Assembly: GCA_964522265.1 (NCBI GenBank)
Contig: CAZFVS010000032.1
Coordinates: forward strand, 1 to 6,043
Length of the DNA: 6,043 nt
Reading direction: 5' to 3'
Origin: an uncultured Gammaproteobacteria bacterium
GTDB lineage: Bacteria > Patescibacteriota > Microgenomatia > Daviesbacterales > UBA10151
Under the pieces are notes generated by a model, which was not told the DNA's origin, did not search any database, and saw only the letters and a list, made by a program, of their open reading frames with translations. Shown here piece by piece: positions 5,471-6,043 of this stretch (the first letter of the stretch is position 1; every line of letters begins with the position of its first letter). Made by a program: the position numbers and the translations under genes.

Positions 5471-5982
5471 TGGATAACAGAGGCCAGTCGCTGCTTGAGA
5501 TAGTTGTGGCTTTGGGGGTGATAGCAGTCATTGTAGTAGGGTTGACGCTTACTACAGTCATAGGTTTAAGGAACAGCCATTTTTCAAAAACCCAGGCGCA
5601 GGCTACCAAATTGGCCCGGGAAGCCCTGGAAAAAGTTAAAATCATCAAAGAGCGTGACCTGGCGGTTTGTGGTCCATCATCAAACAAACAATGGAGTGAA
5701 TTGTGGGCAAAAAATTTAATTACAGAATGCCCCCCCAGTGGTGAGTGCAAATTTATATTCAAGGATTTAGGGGCTATGAGTTGTTCCGGACCATCCAGCG
5801 TATTTTGGTTGGAGCAGTCAGCTAGCCCGGAATCATTAACCGGAACTGATTTCAAGAGGCAGGTGATAGTTGCCGATGAATCGGTTTATGGAGCCACACA
5901 GAAGAGGGTAACCGCGCTGATTACCTGGAATGATATTACCGGTGCACATGAGTCCCGTATTGTGACAATTTTGGCCAAATAA
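5470..5982 (+). CDS. Minor pilin / pseudopilin with atypical +1 residue, tentatively PilV/GspI-like
   Basis: The 170-aa ORF has the N-terminus MDNRG|QSLLEIVVALGVIAVIVVGLTL. Gly at -1 and Glu at +5 are conserved, but mature residue +1 would be Gln rather than Phe, Met or Leu. Then comes AQATKLAREALEKV. It has 4 Cys. The start overlaps the upstream stop by 1 nt (TGATG). Confidence 0.8.
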   Translation: MDNRGQSLLEIVVALGVIAVIVVGLTLTTVIGLRNSHFSKTQAQATKLAREALEKVKIIKERDLAVCGPSSNKQWSELWAKNLITECPPSGECKFIFKDLGAMSCSGPSSVFWLEQSASPESLTGTDFKRQVIVADESVYGATQKRVTALITWNDITGAHESRIVTILAK

Positions 5983-5986
5983 TTAT

Positions 5987-6043
5987 ATGAAAAAGACCAG
6001 CAAATTCCGACATTCGACATTCGACATTCGACATTTGAGCTTG
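5987..6043 (+). CDS. 5' end of a further ORF (partial, runs off the window), product unknown
   Basis: The ATG at 5987 lies 4 nt after the stop of the preceding minor pilin. The frame stays open to the window end (MKKTSKFRHSTFDIRHLSL...) and runs through the heptamer repeat. The true start and frame cannot be confirmed without downstream sequence. Confidence 0.35.
   Translation, partial: MKKTSKFRHSTFDIRHLSL
6008..6035. repeat. Perfect tandem heptanucleotide repeat (CGACATT) x4
   Basis: cgacatt cgacatt cgacatt cgacatt occupies 6008-6035 with no mismatches. The unit length is not a multiple of 3. Confidence 0.95.

Noticed and set aside
5400-5855. 151-aa ORF on the - strand
   Set aside because: It is antisense to two pilin-like CDSs that both carry clear prepilin N-termini. 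It has no independent support.
1-6043. CRISPR arrays, tRNA/rRNA genes, alternative genetic code, defence or toxin-antitoxin modules
   Set aside because: There are no spaced direct repeats and no cloverleaf-like or rRNA-like conserved segments. TGA, TAA and TAG all act as sensible stops (TGA ends ORF 4967-5470 and the transposase). Apart from the orphan ORF 2333-2947, every sizeable ORF is accounted for by pilus or IS functions.

Overview
The + strand carries a type IV pilus / pseudopilin gene neighbourhood, interrupted by one complete IS66-family insertion sequence on the - strand. Five paralogous prepilin-like genes (173-715, 1773-2249, 4454-4966, 4967-5470, 5470-5982) each encode a short basic leader ending in Gly, a Glu at mature position +5, a hydrophobic N-terminal helix and a Cys-containing C-terminal domain. 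A bifunctional-type prepilin peptidase (PilD-like, about 782-1690) follows the first pilin. An unrecognised, Cys-free, single-pass membrane protein (2333-2947) lies between pilin units. The last three pilin genes are packed tightly enough to be one operon. A further ORF starts at 5987 and runs off the window through a perfect 4-copy heptanucleotide repeat. The IS can be delimited from the sequence alone. It spans 2949-4398 (1450 bp) with 23-bp imperfect inverted repeats beginning GTAA, a perfect 8-bp target duplication AAACTAAC, and a single intact 462-aa DDE transposase. It sits in what was a 48-nt intergenic gap, just upstream of the promoter of the downstream pilin operon. The items most worth a second look are slip-prone simple repeats concentrated in pilus genes (three C7 tracts, the heptamer repeat, a T8 tract in a promoter spacer), apparently leaderless promoter-to-ATG geometry for several genes, and the orphan membrane protein. 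I see no tRNA, rRNA or CRISPR array, and no recognisable defence or toxin system. No pilus ATPase, platform or secretin gene lies in this window. Standard code 11 explains all ORF ends. Taxon is unknown; a pilin-rich uncultivated lineage (CPR/Patescibacteria-like) is only a guess. All homology calls come from motif recognition by eye, not database searches.
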